In this document: positions 18,883-29,060 of the stretch, one piece after another | Layout: every line of letters begins with the position of its first letter | Position numbering within the stretch: position 1 is the first letter of the stretch | NCBI GenBank assembly: GCA_030674475.1 | Contig: JAUSCZ010000029.1 | Location: forward strand, 66,357-130,356 | Origin: Candidatus Omnitrophota bacterium | Lineage (GTDB): Bacteria; Omnitrophota; Gorgyraeia; Gygaellales; UBA12090 | Length of the DNA stretch: 64,000 bases | Direction: 5' to 3' | Translations under genes and position numbers: made by a program | Notes under the pieces: generated by a model | Told to the model about the DNA's origin: nothing | The model's input: only the letters and a program-made list of their open reading frames with translations | Databases searched by the model: none

Positions 18883-18971
18883 AGAAACCAGTTGCCAGTT
18901 ACCAGAAACCAGAGGAAAGAAATAAAATCTGGTTACTGGTTTCTGGTTACTCCCGAACGAAGTGAGGGGAA
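18883..18971. repeat. ACCAGWW / WCTGGT heptamer inverted-arm element ending in CCCGAACGAAGTGAGGGGAA-ATG
   Basis: Sibling copies at 38515-38617 and 56943-57056. Confidence 0.88.
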
Positions 18972-20219
18972 ATGCTTTGGTCTAAATCTTTTATTCCAAC
19001 TTTAAGGGAAGTCCCGCAAGAGGCTGAATCCATAGCCCATCAGTTAATGCTCAGGGCGGGCCTGGCGCGGATGCTGGTTGCCGGGGTATATTCTTATTTA
19101 CCTTTAGGCTTAAGAGTCTTAAATAATATTAAGAATATAATCCGTCAGGAGATGAATTCCGCGGGGGCCGGGGAGCTTCTTTTGCCGGCTCTCCAACCAC
19201 AGGAGCTCTGGGATAAAACCGGCAGGAATGTCCAGATGGAAGAGATAATGATTCGTTTTACGGATAGGCGAAATAGAAAGATGTGCCTGGGGCCTACCCA
19301 CGAAGAGATAATTACCGAGCTTGTGGCAAGCAATGTCAGTTCTTATAAACAGCTTCCCTTGATTTTATATCAAATCCAGACCAAATTCCGCGATGAGATT
19401 CGCCCGCGCTTTGGTTTGATGAGAGCCTGCGAGTTTATAATGAAGGATGCCTATAGTTTTGATATTAATGAGGAAGGCCTGGACAAGAATTATAAGCTTA
19501 TGTCCGAGGCCTATAACCGGATATTCAAGAGATGCGGCCTTAATTGCTTCACTCCTGAAGCGGATTCCGGGGTAATGGGGGGAAGCCTCTCGCATGAGTT
19601 TATGGCGCTGGCTGATTCCGGAGAAGACACCCTGTGGGCCTGCGCTCAATGCGCCTATGCCTCGGCTAAAAATATCGGAAATTGTCCTAAATGCGGACTG
19701 GGAATCATTGAGAAAAAGGCAATTGAATTAGGGCATATCTTTAAATTAGGAGTTAAATATTCTCAGCCTCTTTCCGCCCTATTCACGGATGAAAAAGGAA
19801 ACCGCCTGCCTATACTTATGGGTTGTTACGGAATAGGGGTTTCCCGGATGATCGCGGCTATTATTGAAACCAGCCATGACCAAAACGGAATTATCTGGCC
19901 GAAAGAGGTTTCGCCTTTTGATATTTTGGTCCTGCCTTTAAACATAACCGATGCCAAATCCAGGGAATTAGCTTTTAAATTATATGCCGAACTTAATTCC
20001 TCAGGCGTAGAGGTGCTTTTGGATGAGCGTGATGAGCGTCCGGGGGTAAAATTTAAAGATGCCGACCTGATTGGAGTGCCGCTGAGGGTGGTTATCGGAG
20101 AAAAGAATCTTAAAAATAATATGATAGAGCTGCAATTCAGGGCGGATAAGCGAGTTGAGGTTATCAATGTCGAAGAGGCCCTGAGTAAAATCAGGGAGGC
20201 AGTCCAGGGAGCCGGGTAA
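18972..20219 (+). CDS. proS: Proline--tRNA ligase (short form, no full editing insertion)
   Basis: LGPTHEE, QIQTKFRDEIRPRFG, IELGHIFKLG and MGCYGIGVSR motifs. Confidence 0.96.
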   Translation: MLWSKSFIPTLREVPQEAESIAHQLMLRAGLARMLVAGVYSYLPLGLRVLNNIKNIIRQEMNSAGAGELLLPALQPQELWDKTGRNVQMEEIMIRFTDRRNRKMCLGPTHEEIITELVASNVSSYKQLPLILYQIQTKFRDEIRPRFGLMRACEFIMKDAYSFDINEEGLDKNYKLMSEAYNRIFKRCGLNCFTPEADSGVMGGSLSHEFMALADSGEDTLWACAQCAYASAKNIGNCPKCGLGIIEKKAIELGHIFKLGVKYSQPLSALFTDEKGNRLPILMGCYGIGVSRMIAAIIETSHDQNGIIWPKEVSPFDILVLPLNITDAKSRELAFKLYAELNSSGVEVLLDERDERPGVKFKDADLIGVPLRVVIGEKNLKNNMIELQFRADKRVEVINVEEALSKIREAVQGAG

Positions 20220-20256
20220 GAAATCCTCCCCTTACCAAGGGGAGGCGGGGAGGGGT
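20219..20256. repeat. CCTCCCCTTACCAAGGGGAGG hairpin element supplying the SD of cpaF copy 2
   Basis: AGAAATCCTCCCCTTACCAAGGGGAGGCGGGGAGGGGT-ATG; two more copies at 30085-30181. Confidence 0.88.
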
Positions 20257-21507
20257 ATGATTAACAAACACCAGGAACTGATAGATTTCATAAAAAAAGA
20301 CTGTTTGTCCCAGCTTGCCGAGAGTGATTTTCTCCAGTCTCAGGAGAATGAAGCGGCCTTCAGAAAAAAGATAGAGGCCATGATAAATGCCTCTCTGAAA
20401 AATAGAGGCGATATTTCTTTGAGCGCTCAGGAGCGCCAGATGATTTTGGCTCAGGTCATCTCGGATATTACCGGCTTAGGCCCGATAGAAAAGATGTTTC
20501 ATGAACCTGAGGTAAGTGAGGTAATGGTTAACGGCCCCAAGCAGATTTATATGGAAAAAAACGGCAGACTGGAATTAAGCAGTGTTGTCTTTAAGGACGA
20601 AGAGCACCTGGAGTATTTTGTGGAGAAAATACTCGCGCCTTTAGGCCGGCATGTTACTGAAGCCGAGCCTTATATTGATGCCCGCCTTCCGGATGGCTCC
20701 CGGGTGAATGTGGTGCGTCATCCCATTTCTCTTATCGGGACAGTCCTGACTATCCGTAAATTCTCGCGTAAAATTTTGACTATGGAGGACCTGGTAGAGC
20801 GAAAAAGCTTAAGTCAGGCGGCGGGAGAATTTCTTTCGGCCTGCGTCCGGGCCCGGATGAATATTATTATTTCCGGAGGCTCCGGCGCCGGTAAAACCAC
20901 AATGCTGAATGTCCTTTCCAATTTTATCCCCCAGGATCAGCGGGTTGTTTCTATTGAAGATATAGCCGAGCTCCAGCTTAAAGGCAGGCATATAGTGCGC
21001 CTGGAGGCCAGGCCGGCCAATATTGAAGGTAAGGGTGAGATAACCATTAGAAAGCTCCTGAAGAACGCCCTGCATATGCGCCCGGACCGGATAATTGTGG
21101 GTGAGGTGCGCTCCAGTGAAATACTGGATATGCTCCAGGCAATGACTACCGGACACGAGGGTTCAATGACAACCGTGCACGCCAATTCCGCCTTGGAGGC
21201 CTTAGACCGGCTGGAGATATTGACCCTGATGGATAACCCAAATTTCTCAACCTCAGTAGCCAGGCGCCACATCATCAGCGCCATAGACATAATCGCGCAT
21301 ATGACCCGTCTTCCCGATGGCTCGCGTAAAGTCTCTCAGATTTCGGAAGTAAGCAAGGAAAATAGAAATGATTTTAAACTTCAGGATATATTTTACGCCG
21401 GAGATAGCAACGGTTTTGAGATGAAATTCACCGGAAATATTCCTTTAGTGTATGAGCGGTTGAATAAACAAACCGGCTTCAGCAGTGAGCTATTCAAACA
21501 CAAATAG
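20257..21507 (+). CDS. cpaF: CpaF/TadA-family pilus assembly ATPase, copy 2
   Basis: EVMVNGP, ARLPDGSRVN, GGSGAGKTT, MRPDRIIVGEVR and GHEGSMTTVHANS. Confidence 0.9.
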   Translation: MINKHQELIDFIKKDCLSQLAESDFLQSQENEAAFRKKIEAMINASLKNRGDISLSAQERQMILAQVISDITGLGPIEKMFHEPEVSEVMVNGPKQIYMEKNGRLELSSVVFKDEEHLEYFVEKILAPLGRHVTEAEPYIDARLPDGSRVNVVRHPISLIGTVLTIRKFSRKILTMEDLVERKSLSQAAGEFLSACVRARMNIIISGGSGAGKTTMLNVLSNFIPQDQRVVSIEDIAELQLKGRHIVRLEARPANIEGKGEITIRKLLKNALHMRPDRIIVGEVRSSEILDMLQAMTTGHEGSMTTVHANSALEALDRLEILTLMDNPNFSTSVARRHIISAIDIIAHMTRLPDGSRKVSQISEVSKENRNDFKLQDIFYAGDSNGFEMKFTGNIPLVYERLNKQTGFSSELFKHK

Positions 21508-21510
21508 TGT

Positions 21511-22002
21511 ATGTATAACCGCGCGGATGAACTTCTGGATAAAATAAAACCGGTTGTTCAGGGTTATATAGAAGGCTTAGGCTATGAACTCGTGGATCTG
21601 AGTTTATCCAAGACTAGAGGAAATATAACCTTAAGGATCCTGACGGATAAGCCAAGAGGCGGGATAAGCCTGAAGGAGTGCGCGGATTTAAACCAGGGCC
21701 TAAGCGCGATTTTAGACCGGGAGAATACCCTGGAGGAGAGTTGTGTTCTTGAGGTATCTTCCCCGGGTATAGATCGTCCTCTTACATCAAGGAAGGATTT
21801 TTTAAGGGCCGGCGAAAGACAGATCCGGGCTGTGTTGAGCGAACCCTTTGAGGGTAAGTATGAAATAACCGGAATTATTACTAAGGTTGAAGATGATTAT
21901 TTGTTTCTGGACTCAGGTAAGAAAATAATTGATGGTGAGCGTAGTCGAACCATCAAAATACCTTTAAACAAAATCAAGAAAGCAAAACAGGTGATTAAAT
22001 GA
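21511..22002 (+). CDS. rimP: Ribosome maturation factor RimP
   Basis: LEVSSPGIDRPL motif; upstream of nusA. Confidence 0.93.
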   Translation: MYNRADELLDKIKPVVQGYIEGLGYELVDLSLSKTRGNITLRILTDKPRGGISLKECADLNQGLSAILDRENTLEESCVLEVSSPGIDRPLTSRKDFLRAGERQIRAVLSEPFEGKYEITGIITKVEDDYLFLDSGKKIIDGERSRTIKIPLNKIKKAKQVIK

Positions 22003-23192
22003 ATGGAGAGTTGTTAGCGGTTTTAGAACATATGGAGCGGGAAAAAGGCATCAAGAAGGATATTCTTATTGATGCCGTGGAGCAGGCCTTGGCCAGCGCG
22101 GTCCGTAAGATCGCGGATATAAAGCCGGGCATAGAAGTAAAGGTAACCCTGGACAGGGAAACCGGAAAACTCAAGGCCTTCGCCGGTGAGGAGGAAATCA
22201 GGTCCGAGGGGCTGGGCAGGATTGCCGCTTCTACCGCCAAGCAGGTTATCATTCAAAAGATAAGAGAGGCGGAGAAGGATGTGATTTTTAACGAATTTAA
22301 CGCCAAGGTGGGTGAAATTATCAGCGGGACCCTGTACCGTTTTGAAAAAGGAAATATTATCGTGGACTTAATGGGTAAGGCTGAAGGAGTATTGTCTAAG
22401 CGCGATCAGATACCGGGTGAGGAATTTCATCAGGGTCAGAGAATCAGCGCTTATTTAACCGAGGTCAAAAGGGAGGCCAGGGGGGCTCAGATTATCCTTT
22501 CCCGGAGCCATCCCAGCTTTGTTAAAAAAATATTCGAGCGCGAGGTGCCTGAGATATATGAAGGGGTAGTGGAAATCCGCTCTATTTCCCGGTCCGCGGG
22601 CGAACGGACCAAGATAGCGGTCTGGTCTAAGGATGAGAAGATTGATGCCGTGGGCTCCTGCGTGGGGATGCGCGGGGCCAGGGTTAAGAATATCGTCAAT
22701 GAACTGCACGGTGAAAGAATAGACATAGTCCGCTACAGCGATGACGCTCACGCGTATATCTCCGCCAGCCTTTCTCCCGCCGAGATAGCGGAGATTAAAT
22801 TAGATAAGGAGAATAAAAAGGCTTTGGTGATTGTGAATCCGGATCAATTGTCTTTGGCTATCGGAAAGCACGGTCAGAATGTGCGCCTGGCTTCAAAACT
22901 AACGGGCTGGGATTTGGATATCCGCACCAAGGAAACCATACTCGCGAAAGAACAGGCCAAAGAAGAAACAGTTGTTCAAAAAGCCGAAGAGCCAAAACCG
23001 CAAGGATTGTCTTTGGATGAGTTAAGCGGTGTGGGAGAAAAAACCAAGGCCGCGCTTATTGAGCAGGGCTTCGCGGATGTTCAGTCTGTGGCCGGCTCCG
23101 CGCTTGAGGCTCTGGTTGAGGTTAAAGGCATAGGAAAGGCCAAGGCTAAAAAACTCATTGAGGAAGCCAAAAAGTTATTAAAAAAGTTGTAG
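21999..23192 (+). CDS. nusA: Transcription termination/antitermination factor NusA
   Basis: GRIAASTAKQVIIQKIREAE, S1 and KH domains (GSCVGMRG, AIGKHGQNVRLA), C-terminal HhH. Confidence 0.97.
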   Translation: MNGELLAVLEHMEREKGIKKDILIDAVEQALASAVRKIADIKPGIEVKVTLDRETGKLKAFAGEEEIRSEGLGRIAASTAKQVIIQKIREAEKDVIFNEFNAKVGEIISGTLYRFEKGNIIVDLMGKAEGVLSKRDQIPGEEFHQGQRISAYLTEVKREARGAQIILSRSHPSFVKKIFEREVPEIYEGVVEIRSISRSAGERTKIAVWSKDEKIDAVGSCVGMRGARVKNIVNELHGERIDIVRYSDDAHAYISASLSPAEIAEIKLDKENKKALVIVNPDQLSLAIGKHGQNVRLASKLTGWDLDIRTKETILAKEQAKEETVVQKAEEPKPQGLSLDELSGVGEKTKAALIEQGFADVQSVAGSALEALVEVKGIGKAKAKKLIEEAKKLLKKL

Positions 23193-23199
23193 TTGATCC

Positions 23200-23312
23200 G
23201 ACCCGAGCTTAAACACTTAAAAATTTCAGGAAAATTTTTTGCGCAAGCTCGGGTCTAATTCGGCCAGACAACTTATATTCTTCCGACTGAAACGTCGGAG
23301 GAATATAAGTTG
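23200..23312. repeat. Two long hairpins between nusA and infB
   Basis: GACCCGAGCTT...AAGCTCGGGTC (23200-23255) and CAACTTATATTCTTCCGAC-TGAAAC-GTCGGAGGAATATAAGTTG (23269-23312). Confidence 0.8.
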
Positions 23313-23333
23313 CGGCCTCATTAAAGGACTAAA

Positions 23334-25652
23334 ATGCCAAGCAAGAATATTAAAATTAAATCTGTAGTTCCAAAGGAAGAAACCGCGCGTCTTGAGGATA
23401 AAAAAGATAAAACCAAGAAAGCAGCCGTAAAAAAGACCAGCCTTAAGCCTTCTAAAATAGCGCTTAAGCCCAAGAAGGCTAAAGAAGTGAAAATCCAGAA
23501 AACTCTTAAAGGGCCTTTAGTCAAAAAGACCGTCCCGGTTTCGCGTAAACCTAAAAAAGAAGAATCCGGGTCCACCCTTATTCCCCGGGTCCGCCCAGAG
23601 GCCCGGGTAATTACGGCTAAGCCGCAAGAAGTTATTCCAAAACCCGCGGGTATCACTCAAGAGTCTAAGATTACGCCTGAGGCGCAAAAAAGCGTTCCTT
23701 GGACAGCAGCGCATCCTCCGGTCAAGGAAAAAAAAGTAGAGCCGATAAAAGAAATCAGCTCCCAAGAACAAGTTAGAACCGAAACCACCGCTCAAAAGAA
23801 AGAATTGCCCTTAGGGCCTCAAGGTAAGGTTGTTCCCGTTATCCCGGCTAAAGAGACTCCTCCCCCCCCGCCCGAAAAAGAAGAAATACCCGAGAAGGCG
23901 AAAATCATTGAAATAAATATTCCTATTGTTTTAAAAGATTTAGCCTTGTGTTTAGAAGAAAAGCCGGCAGCCTTAATCAAAAAACTCCTCCTGGGCCATA
24001 AAATAATCGCCAATTTGAATCTTCCTATCGGCGAAGAATTGGCCGGAAAAATAGCTTCGGAATACGGATATCAAATAAAGAGAAAACCTACTGAGGAGGA
24101 ATTGCTTTTTAAGCCCCATGAGGCGTCTGATCCGGCCAAGCTTAAACCCCGGCCGCCTATAGTTACCTTTATGGGCCATGTTGATCACGGTAAGACTTCT
24201 TTACTGGACGCTATTCGTAAATCTAAGGTGGCCGACTCAGAGTATGGCGGCATAACCCAGCATATCGGGGCTTATTCAGTTACGCTTTCCCACGGTAAAA
24301 TCACCTTTTTAGATACCCCGGGACATGAAGCCTTTACCGCGATGCGGGCCAGGGGGGCTAAAGTAACTGACATTGTTGTTTTGGTGGTGGCCGCGGATGA
24401 CGGGGTGATGCCTCAGACAGTGGAGGCAGTTGACCACGCCAAAGAGGCCAAAGCCGCTATTATGGTGGCGATGAATAAGATAGATAAGCCACAAACAGAT
24501 GTTAACCGGCTGAAAAAACAGTTAGCTGAGTTAGGATTGGCTGCCGAGGATTGGGGAGGAAAAACTATTGCTGTGGGGGTATCGGCAAAGACCGGCCAGG
24601 GTATTGACGAGTTATTGGAAATGATTATCCTGGAGGCCCAGATGCTGGAATTAAAGGCTGACCCCTCAGCTCCAGCCAGCGGAGTGGTTCTAGAGTCTAA
24701 GATTAGCGAGGGAAAAGGGCCGGTAGCCACCCTTTTGGTGGAGAACGGCACCCTTAGGTATCAAGATACGATTATTGTTGGTCCGCATTTCGCTAAGATT
24801 CGGGCGATGTTTAATGAATATGGTAAACCCATCCAGGAGGCGCCTCCGTCTACGCCGGTGGAGATATTGGGTTTATCCGGATTACCCGAGTCGGGCGAAC
24901 AGTTTTTTGTTCTTTCCGATGAGAAAAAAGCCAGGGAATTAGCCGGTAAACGTAAAGCTGAACTCCGGGAAAGACAACTTAAGCCAATCAAGATGAAATC
25001 TCTGGAGGATTTTTCTAAGGAAATCAAAGAAGGTAAAGTCAAAGAACTTAAGCTTATTTTGAAGTCTGATGTGGGTGGGTCGCTAGAGGCGATCAATGAG
25101 TCTCTGAAAAAAATATTCACCTTAGAAGTAAATCTGAATATTATCCATCAGGGCATAGGAGGCATAAATGTCGCGGATGTTATCTTAGCCGAGGCTTCCG
25201 GCGCCATCATCCTGGGTTTTCATGTGGCAACCGATGAGCGTTCCAAGGCCGAGGCCGATAAGACCGGGGTAGATATCCGCACCTATACGGTAATCTATGA
25301 ACTGGTCAATGACATCAAGACGGCTTTGGAGGGTTTATTAGAGCCGAAATTAAAGAAGATATTTATGGGCAGAGTGATCATTCGTCAGGTCCTTAAACTA
25401 AGCAAGGCCGGGACCGTGGCCGGTTGTTATGTGGAAAAAGGAAAGGTTAATCGCTCGGCTAAATTAAGCCTCCTGCGCAACGGTGAGCTGGTATATGAGG
25501 GGACGGTTCAATCCTTGAAACGTTTTAAGGATGACGTGCGTGAGGTTACTGAGGGGATGGAATGTGGATTATCCCTGGCAGGCTTTAGCGAGATTATGGC
25601 CGGAGATGTGATTGAGGCCTACGATGTGGAAAAGATAGCCAGGAAATTATAG
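23334..25652 (+). CDS. infB: Translation initiation factor IF-2
   Basis: [26 protein letters not shown] and NKID; K/P-rich N-terminus. Confidence 0.97.
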   Translation: MPSKNIKIKSVVPKEETARLEDKKDKTKKAAVKKTSLKPSKIALKPKKAKEVKIQKTLKGPLVKKTVPVSRKPKKEESGSTLIPRVRPEARVITAKPQEVIPKPAGITQESKITPEAQKSVPWTAAHPPVKEKKVEPIKEISSQEQVRTETTAQKKELPLGPQGKVVPVIPAKETPPPPPEKEEIPEKAKIIEINIPIVLKDLALCLEEKPAALIKKLLLGHKIIANLNLPIGEELAGKIASEYGYQIKRKPTEEELLFKPHEASDPAKLKPRPPIVTFMGHVDHGKTSLLDAIRKSKVADSEYGGITQHIGAYSVTLSHGKITFLDTPGHEAFTAMRARGAKVTDIVVLVVAADDGVMPQTVEAVDHAKEAKAAIMVAMNKIDKPQTDVNRLKKQLAELGLAAEDWGGKTIAVGVSAKTGQGIDELLEMIILEAQMLELKADPSAPASGVVLESKISEGKGPVATLLVENGTLRYQDTIIVGPHFAKIRAMFNEYGKPIQEAPPSTPVEILGLSGLPESGEQFFVLSDEKKARELAGKRKAELRERQLKPIKMKSLEDFSKEIKEGKVKELKLILKSDVGGSLEAINESLKKIFTLEVNLNIIHQGIGGINVADVILAEASGAIILGFHVATDERSKAEADKTGVDIRTYTVIYELVNDIKTALEGLLEPKLKKIFMGRVIIRQVLKLSKAGTVAGCYVEKGKVNRSAKLSLLRNGELVYEGTVQSLKRFKDDVREVTEGMECGLSLAGFSEIMAGDVIEAYDVEKIARKL

Positions 25653-25679
25653 AAAAACAAAACGATCGTTGAAAGGTAA

Positions 25680-25807
25680 AATGACTAATGACGAAACCCG
25701 AATAACGAATTAATTTTTAATAACCAATGTCTAAAATATTAAAAATAATTTTTTAAGATTAAGGCATTTGAAATTAGGGATTCATTAGTCATTCGTCATT
25801 GTTCATC
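25680..25807. repeat. AATGACN heptamer inverted-arm element
   Basis: AATGACTAATGACGAAACCCGAATAACGAAT ... ATTCATTAGTCATTCGTCATT. Confidence 0.8.
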
Positions 25808-25827
25808 TTGTTTTGGATTATTAGGAA

Positions 25828-26826
25828 ATGTTAAAGAAACGTATCTTAAGCGGGATGCGCCCTACCGGGAAGCTGCATCTGGGTCATCTGTTTGGGGTTT
25901 TAGATAATTGGAAAAAACTCCAGGATGAATACGAGTGTTTTTTTATGATCGCGGACTGGCACAGCCTGATGTCCGAGTATGAAGACCCTAAGAACTTAAG
26001 AGAAAATATCCTGGATAATGCCGCGGATTGGCTGGCCTGCGGTATCTCGCCTGAGAAATCCCATATCTTTATCCAATCCAATATCAAAGAACATTTAGAA
26101 TTATACATTATTCTCTCCATCATTACCCCTCTGGGTTGGTTAGAGAGATGTCCCACGTATAAGGAACAACTGCGCGAAATTACCAACCGTAATCTAAGCA
26201 CCTACGGTTTTCTGGGTTATCCCGTCTTACAGGCAGCGGATATCCTGTTATATAAGGCGGATTGCGTTCCGGTGGGTGAAGACCAGCTTCCTCATCTGGA
26301 ATTGACCCGGGAAATCACCAGGAGATTTAACAGCCTTTATAAAAAAGAGCTTTTCCCTGAGCCAAAAGCGCTTTTAACTTCCGGCCGGGCCAAGGTTTTA
26401 GGCACCGACGGCAGGAAGATGAGCAAAAGCTACGATAATTATATCGCGATTTCTGATGAGCCTGAGGTGATTGAGCGCAAAGTCCAATCAATGTTTACCG
26501 ACCCTTTAAGGATAAAGCGAACCGACCCCGGCCATCCCGATAAATGTAATGTGCACACCTACTACGAAGTTTTCTCTCCGGAAAGAAAGCCTGAGATTGA
26601 TCAGCTTTGCCGCTTAGCCAAAATCGGCTGTACTGACTGCAAAAAAGAACTCGCCCAAATTATGGTTAAATATTTAGAGCCTATCCGGGAGAAGAAGAAT
26701 GAGCTCCTGAAAAATAAGAAGACGCTCCTGGATATTTTAAATCAGGGAGAGCTTAAAGCCCGCGAGGTTGCTGTAGAGACTATCCGGGAGGTAAAAGAGC
26801 TCTTAGGATTAACTGTCCAAATATGA
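25828..26826 (+). CDS. trpS: Tryptophan--tRNA ligase
   Basis: SGMRPTGKLHLGH, YPVLQAADIL, VPVGEDQ and KMSKS motifs. Confidence 0.97.
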   Translation: MLKKRILSGMRPTGKLHLGHLFGVLDNWKKLQDEYECFFMIADWHSLMSEYEDPKNLRENILDNAADWLACGISPEKSHIFIQSNIKEHLELYIILSIITPLGWLERCPTYKEQLREITNRNLSTYGFLGYPVLQAADILLYKADCVPVGEDQLPHLELTREITRRFNSLYKKELFPEPKALLTSGRAKVLGTDGRKMSKSYDNYIAISDEPEVIERKVQSMFTDPLRIKRTDPGHPDKCNVHTYYEVFSPERKPEIDQLCRLAKIGCTDCKKELAQIMVKYLEPIREKKNELLKNKKTLLDILNQGELKAREVAVETIREVKELLGLTVQI

Positions 26827-26879
26827 CCGAAAATAATGCAATAGGTTTGTTGAAGCGAAATAATTGAGGAAGGAAAGCG

Positions 26880-27203
26880 ATGGAGTTAAAACAAATAAAA
26901 AGTCTAATAGATCAAAAAGACTATCGGCTTACTCTCCACGCTGAGTTTGAGAGAGAGGCTGATCAGATCACCATCGAGGAAATAGAAGAGGCCTTATTTT
27001 CACCAGAGGCTAAAATTATTGAAGATTATCCTAATGACCCGCGCGGGTCTAGTTGTCTGGTGTTGGGCTTTACAAAACAAAAACACCCTATTCATGTTGT
27101 CTGTGGGACAGGGGATTCTAATACCTTAGTTGTTATTACAGTCTATCGACCAGATTCAGAGGAGTGGATAGATTGGCAAATTCGGAAGGAGAAGAAATCA
27201 TGA
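26880..27203 (+). CDS. DUF4258 domain protein (putative RelE-like toxin)
   Basis: TLHA, IIEDYPNDPRGSSCLVLG, PIHVVC and VITVYRPD..W motifs. Confidence 0.8.
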   Translation: MELKQIKSLIDQKDYRLTLHAEFEREADQITIEEIEEALFSPEAKIIEDYPNDPRGSSCLVLGFTKQKHPIHVVCGTGDSNTLVVITVYRPDSEEWIDWQIRKEKKS

Positions 27204-27442
27204 AGAGATGTTACTTTTGTAAGGGTGAAATTGTAGAAAAAAATATTAACCACATGCACTCTTGGGGAGATAAACTTATTTTTTTTAAACAGACTCCTGC
27301 TGAAGTTTGCAAACAGTGTGGGGAGGTTTATCTTAAACCAGAAGTAGTAAAAGCCTTTGATAGGGTCACCGCGCATCTCGAAAAGTTTACACAGACTATT
27401 CAGGTGCCGGTTGTGCCTTTTTCTGAATTAGCTGCGATTTGA
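27200..27442 (+). CDS. YgiT-type (MqsA N-terminal-like) zinc finger protein, putative antitoxin
   Basis: MKRCYFCKG...PAEVCKQCGEVY; ATGA overlap with the DUF4258 stop. Confidence 0.8.
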   Translation: MKRCYFCKGEIVEKNINHMHSWGDKLIFFKQTPAEVCKQCGEVYLKPEVVKAFDRVTAHLEKFTQTIQVPVVPFSELAAI

Positions 27443-27446
27443 TATG

Positions 27447-27563
27447 GGATGTGGCGACGACATTGAGGTATTATACGCCTGCCCCGTACAAAAATCGAAG
27501 ATTTTGTATGGGGTGTTTCCGGAAGATTTAGAGGAGGCAGCAGAGATGTTGGCGGGGGAATAG
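27447..27563 (+). repeat. 117-bp direct repeat, copy 1, with internal hairpin
   Basis: Near-identical to 28220-28336; hairpin GCCCCGTACAAAA..TTTTGTATGGGGT. Confidence 0.92.
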
Positions 27564-27573
27564 GAGGAGAACT

Positions 27574-28053
27574 ATGCGAAAACTAAAATTATATTTGGAT
27601 ACTTCCGTTTGGAATTTCTTTTTTGCTGACGATGCGCCAGAGAAAAGAGATATAACCAAAATATTTTTTGATTCCATTCAGGAAGGTATTTATGAGATAT
27701 TTATTTCTGAAGTAGTGATCAGAGAAATAAATGATGCTCCTGAGCCCAAGAGAAAAGCATTGTTCGATTTAGTCAATAAATATGCTCCTACGGAATTAGA
27801 GACTACAGAAGAAGCAGATGAGTTGACCGAGTTTTATATGGAGCGCGGCATTATCCCGAAAGGTAAAAGAGCTGATGCTTTTCACGTTGCTATTGCTACA
27901 GCCCACGAGATGGATGCAATTATTACCTGGAATTACCAACATTTAGCTAACTTGCGAAAATCTGAGTTATTCAATGGGGTTAATTTAGAAAAAGGTTATA
28001 CTAAAAGATTAGAGATAGTTACACCTATGGAGGTGAGTAGATATGAAAGTTGA
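27574..28053 (+). CDS. PIN-domain (VapC-like) protein
   Basis: LYLDTSV, SEVVIREI, DAFHVAIA and ITWNYQHL motifs. Confidence 0.88.
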   Translation: MRKLKLYLDTSVWNFFFADDAPEKRDITKIFFDSIQEGIYEIFISEVVIREINDAPEPKRKALFDLVNKYAPTELETTEEADELTEFYMERGIIPKGKRADAFHVAIATAHEMDAIITWNYQHLANLRKSELFNGVNLEKGYTKRLEIVTPMEVSRYES

Positions 28054-28213
28054 TAAGTCATTACAGGAAGTCTGGGACTGGAAGGATAAGGTTTACGAGG
28101 CGACGAAACATCTTTCTGTAAGAGAAACGGCCAGAAAGATCCATGAAGATGTGCAGCAGATTAAGAAAAAATACGGCTTAAAACTCAAGATGCTCCATCT
28201 ATCAGAGAAATAG
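28043..28213 (+). CDS. 56-aa protein, probable antitoxin partner (absent from the ORF track)
   Basis: SD GGAGGTG; MKVDKSLQEVWDWKDKVYEATKHLSVRETARKIHEDVQQIKKKYGLKLKMLHLSEK; overlaps the PIN gene end. Confidence 0.7.
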   Translation: MKVDKSLQEVWDWKDKVYEATKHLSVRETARKIHEDVQQIKKKYGLKLKMLHLSEK

Positions 28214-28219
28214 GTTTAA

Positions 28220-28336
28220 GGATGTGGCGACGACATTGAGGTATTATGTGCCTGCCCCGTACAAAAATTGAAGATTTTGTATGGGGTGTTTCCGGAAGAT
28301 TTAGAAGAGGTAGCAGAGATGCTGACGGAAAAGTAA
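28220..28336 (+). repeat. 117-bp direct repeat, copy 2
   Basis: Near-identical to 27447-27563. Confidence 0.92.
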
Positions 28337-28398
28337 TTTAATCTCGACAAGGAAATTTCAGAAAAAAAAGAAGTTCGTATATTAATTATTAGAACTAT

Positions 28399-29013
28399 AT
28401 GAAGTTCGATAAAATATTAAATTCTAAATTTAGTCTTCTTGTAACAGGATTTGTATTGACGGGTTTAATCGGATCTTTTCTGAGTTATCAATTTCAGAAT
28501 ATTTCATGGAAACGACAAGCACGCTTTGAAATAGCTAAGAGGCAGATAGAACAAGCAAAAAGCTCTATTGATGAAACGCTTTTACTAGCAAGAGAACGTT
28601 TTTATGCAATGCAAAAAGTTTTTTGGACACTCGAAAACTCAAAGTCAGATATCGCGGATCAATGGTGGAATGAATATTACAAAATCAAGGACGAATGGAA
28701 CATTATGGTAGGTGAATATCGCAGTAAAATTAAAATTTTCGTAGATCCTATGCTTGCATACGAATTGCTTGACAGAGATGACGCTAGGAATTATCCAAAA
28801 AAAGAAAGTTTGCACGCTATTTTTGTTGTAGCCCATTATAAACTTAAACAATTATTCGAATATGCTGGAAAAAACTCAGAAGAAAGATTTAAGATTGAAA
28901 AGGAAGCTTTGAATGCCCTATCAGAACTTGGGGATAATTTAGGTGATTTTTCTGATAGTTGCTATAAAATATATCTTAAAAAATACGATCTTTTAAAGAA
29001 TATTTGCAATTAA
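28399..29013 (+). CDS. Hypothetical AT-rich protein with N-terminal TM helix
   Basis: 204-aa ORF, visibly lower GC than flanking core genes; no motif recognised. Confidence 0.7.
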   Translation: MKFDKILNSKFSLLVTGFVLTGLIGSFLSYQFQNISWKRQARFEIAKRQIEQAKSSIDETLLLARERFYAMQKVFWTLENSKSDIADQWWNEYYKIKDEWNIMVGEYRSKIKIFVDPMLAYELLDRDDARNYPKKESLHAIFVVAHYKLKQLFEYAGKNSEERFKIEKEALNALSELGDNLGDFSDSCYKIYLKKYDLLKNICN

Positions 29014-29060
29014 TTATATTCTAACAACTACATTCAGCGGACACTTCTATGGGGGTATAA

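Noticed and set aside
23862-23873. Poly-C run in infB as a phase-variation tract
   Set aside because: It encodes a proline stretch in the low-complexity N-terminus of an essential gene and the frame is intact
27447-28336. Direct repeats as a possible CRISPR array
   Set aside because: Only two copies, 117 bp long, separated by genes; no cas genes in the window
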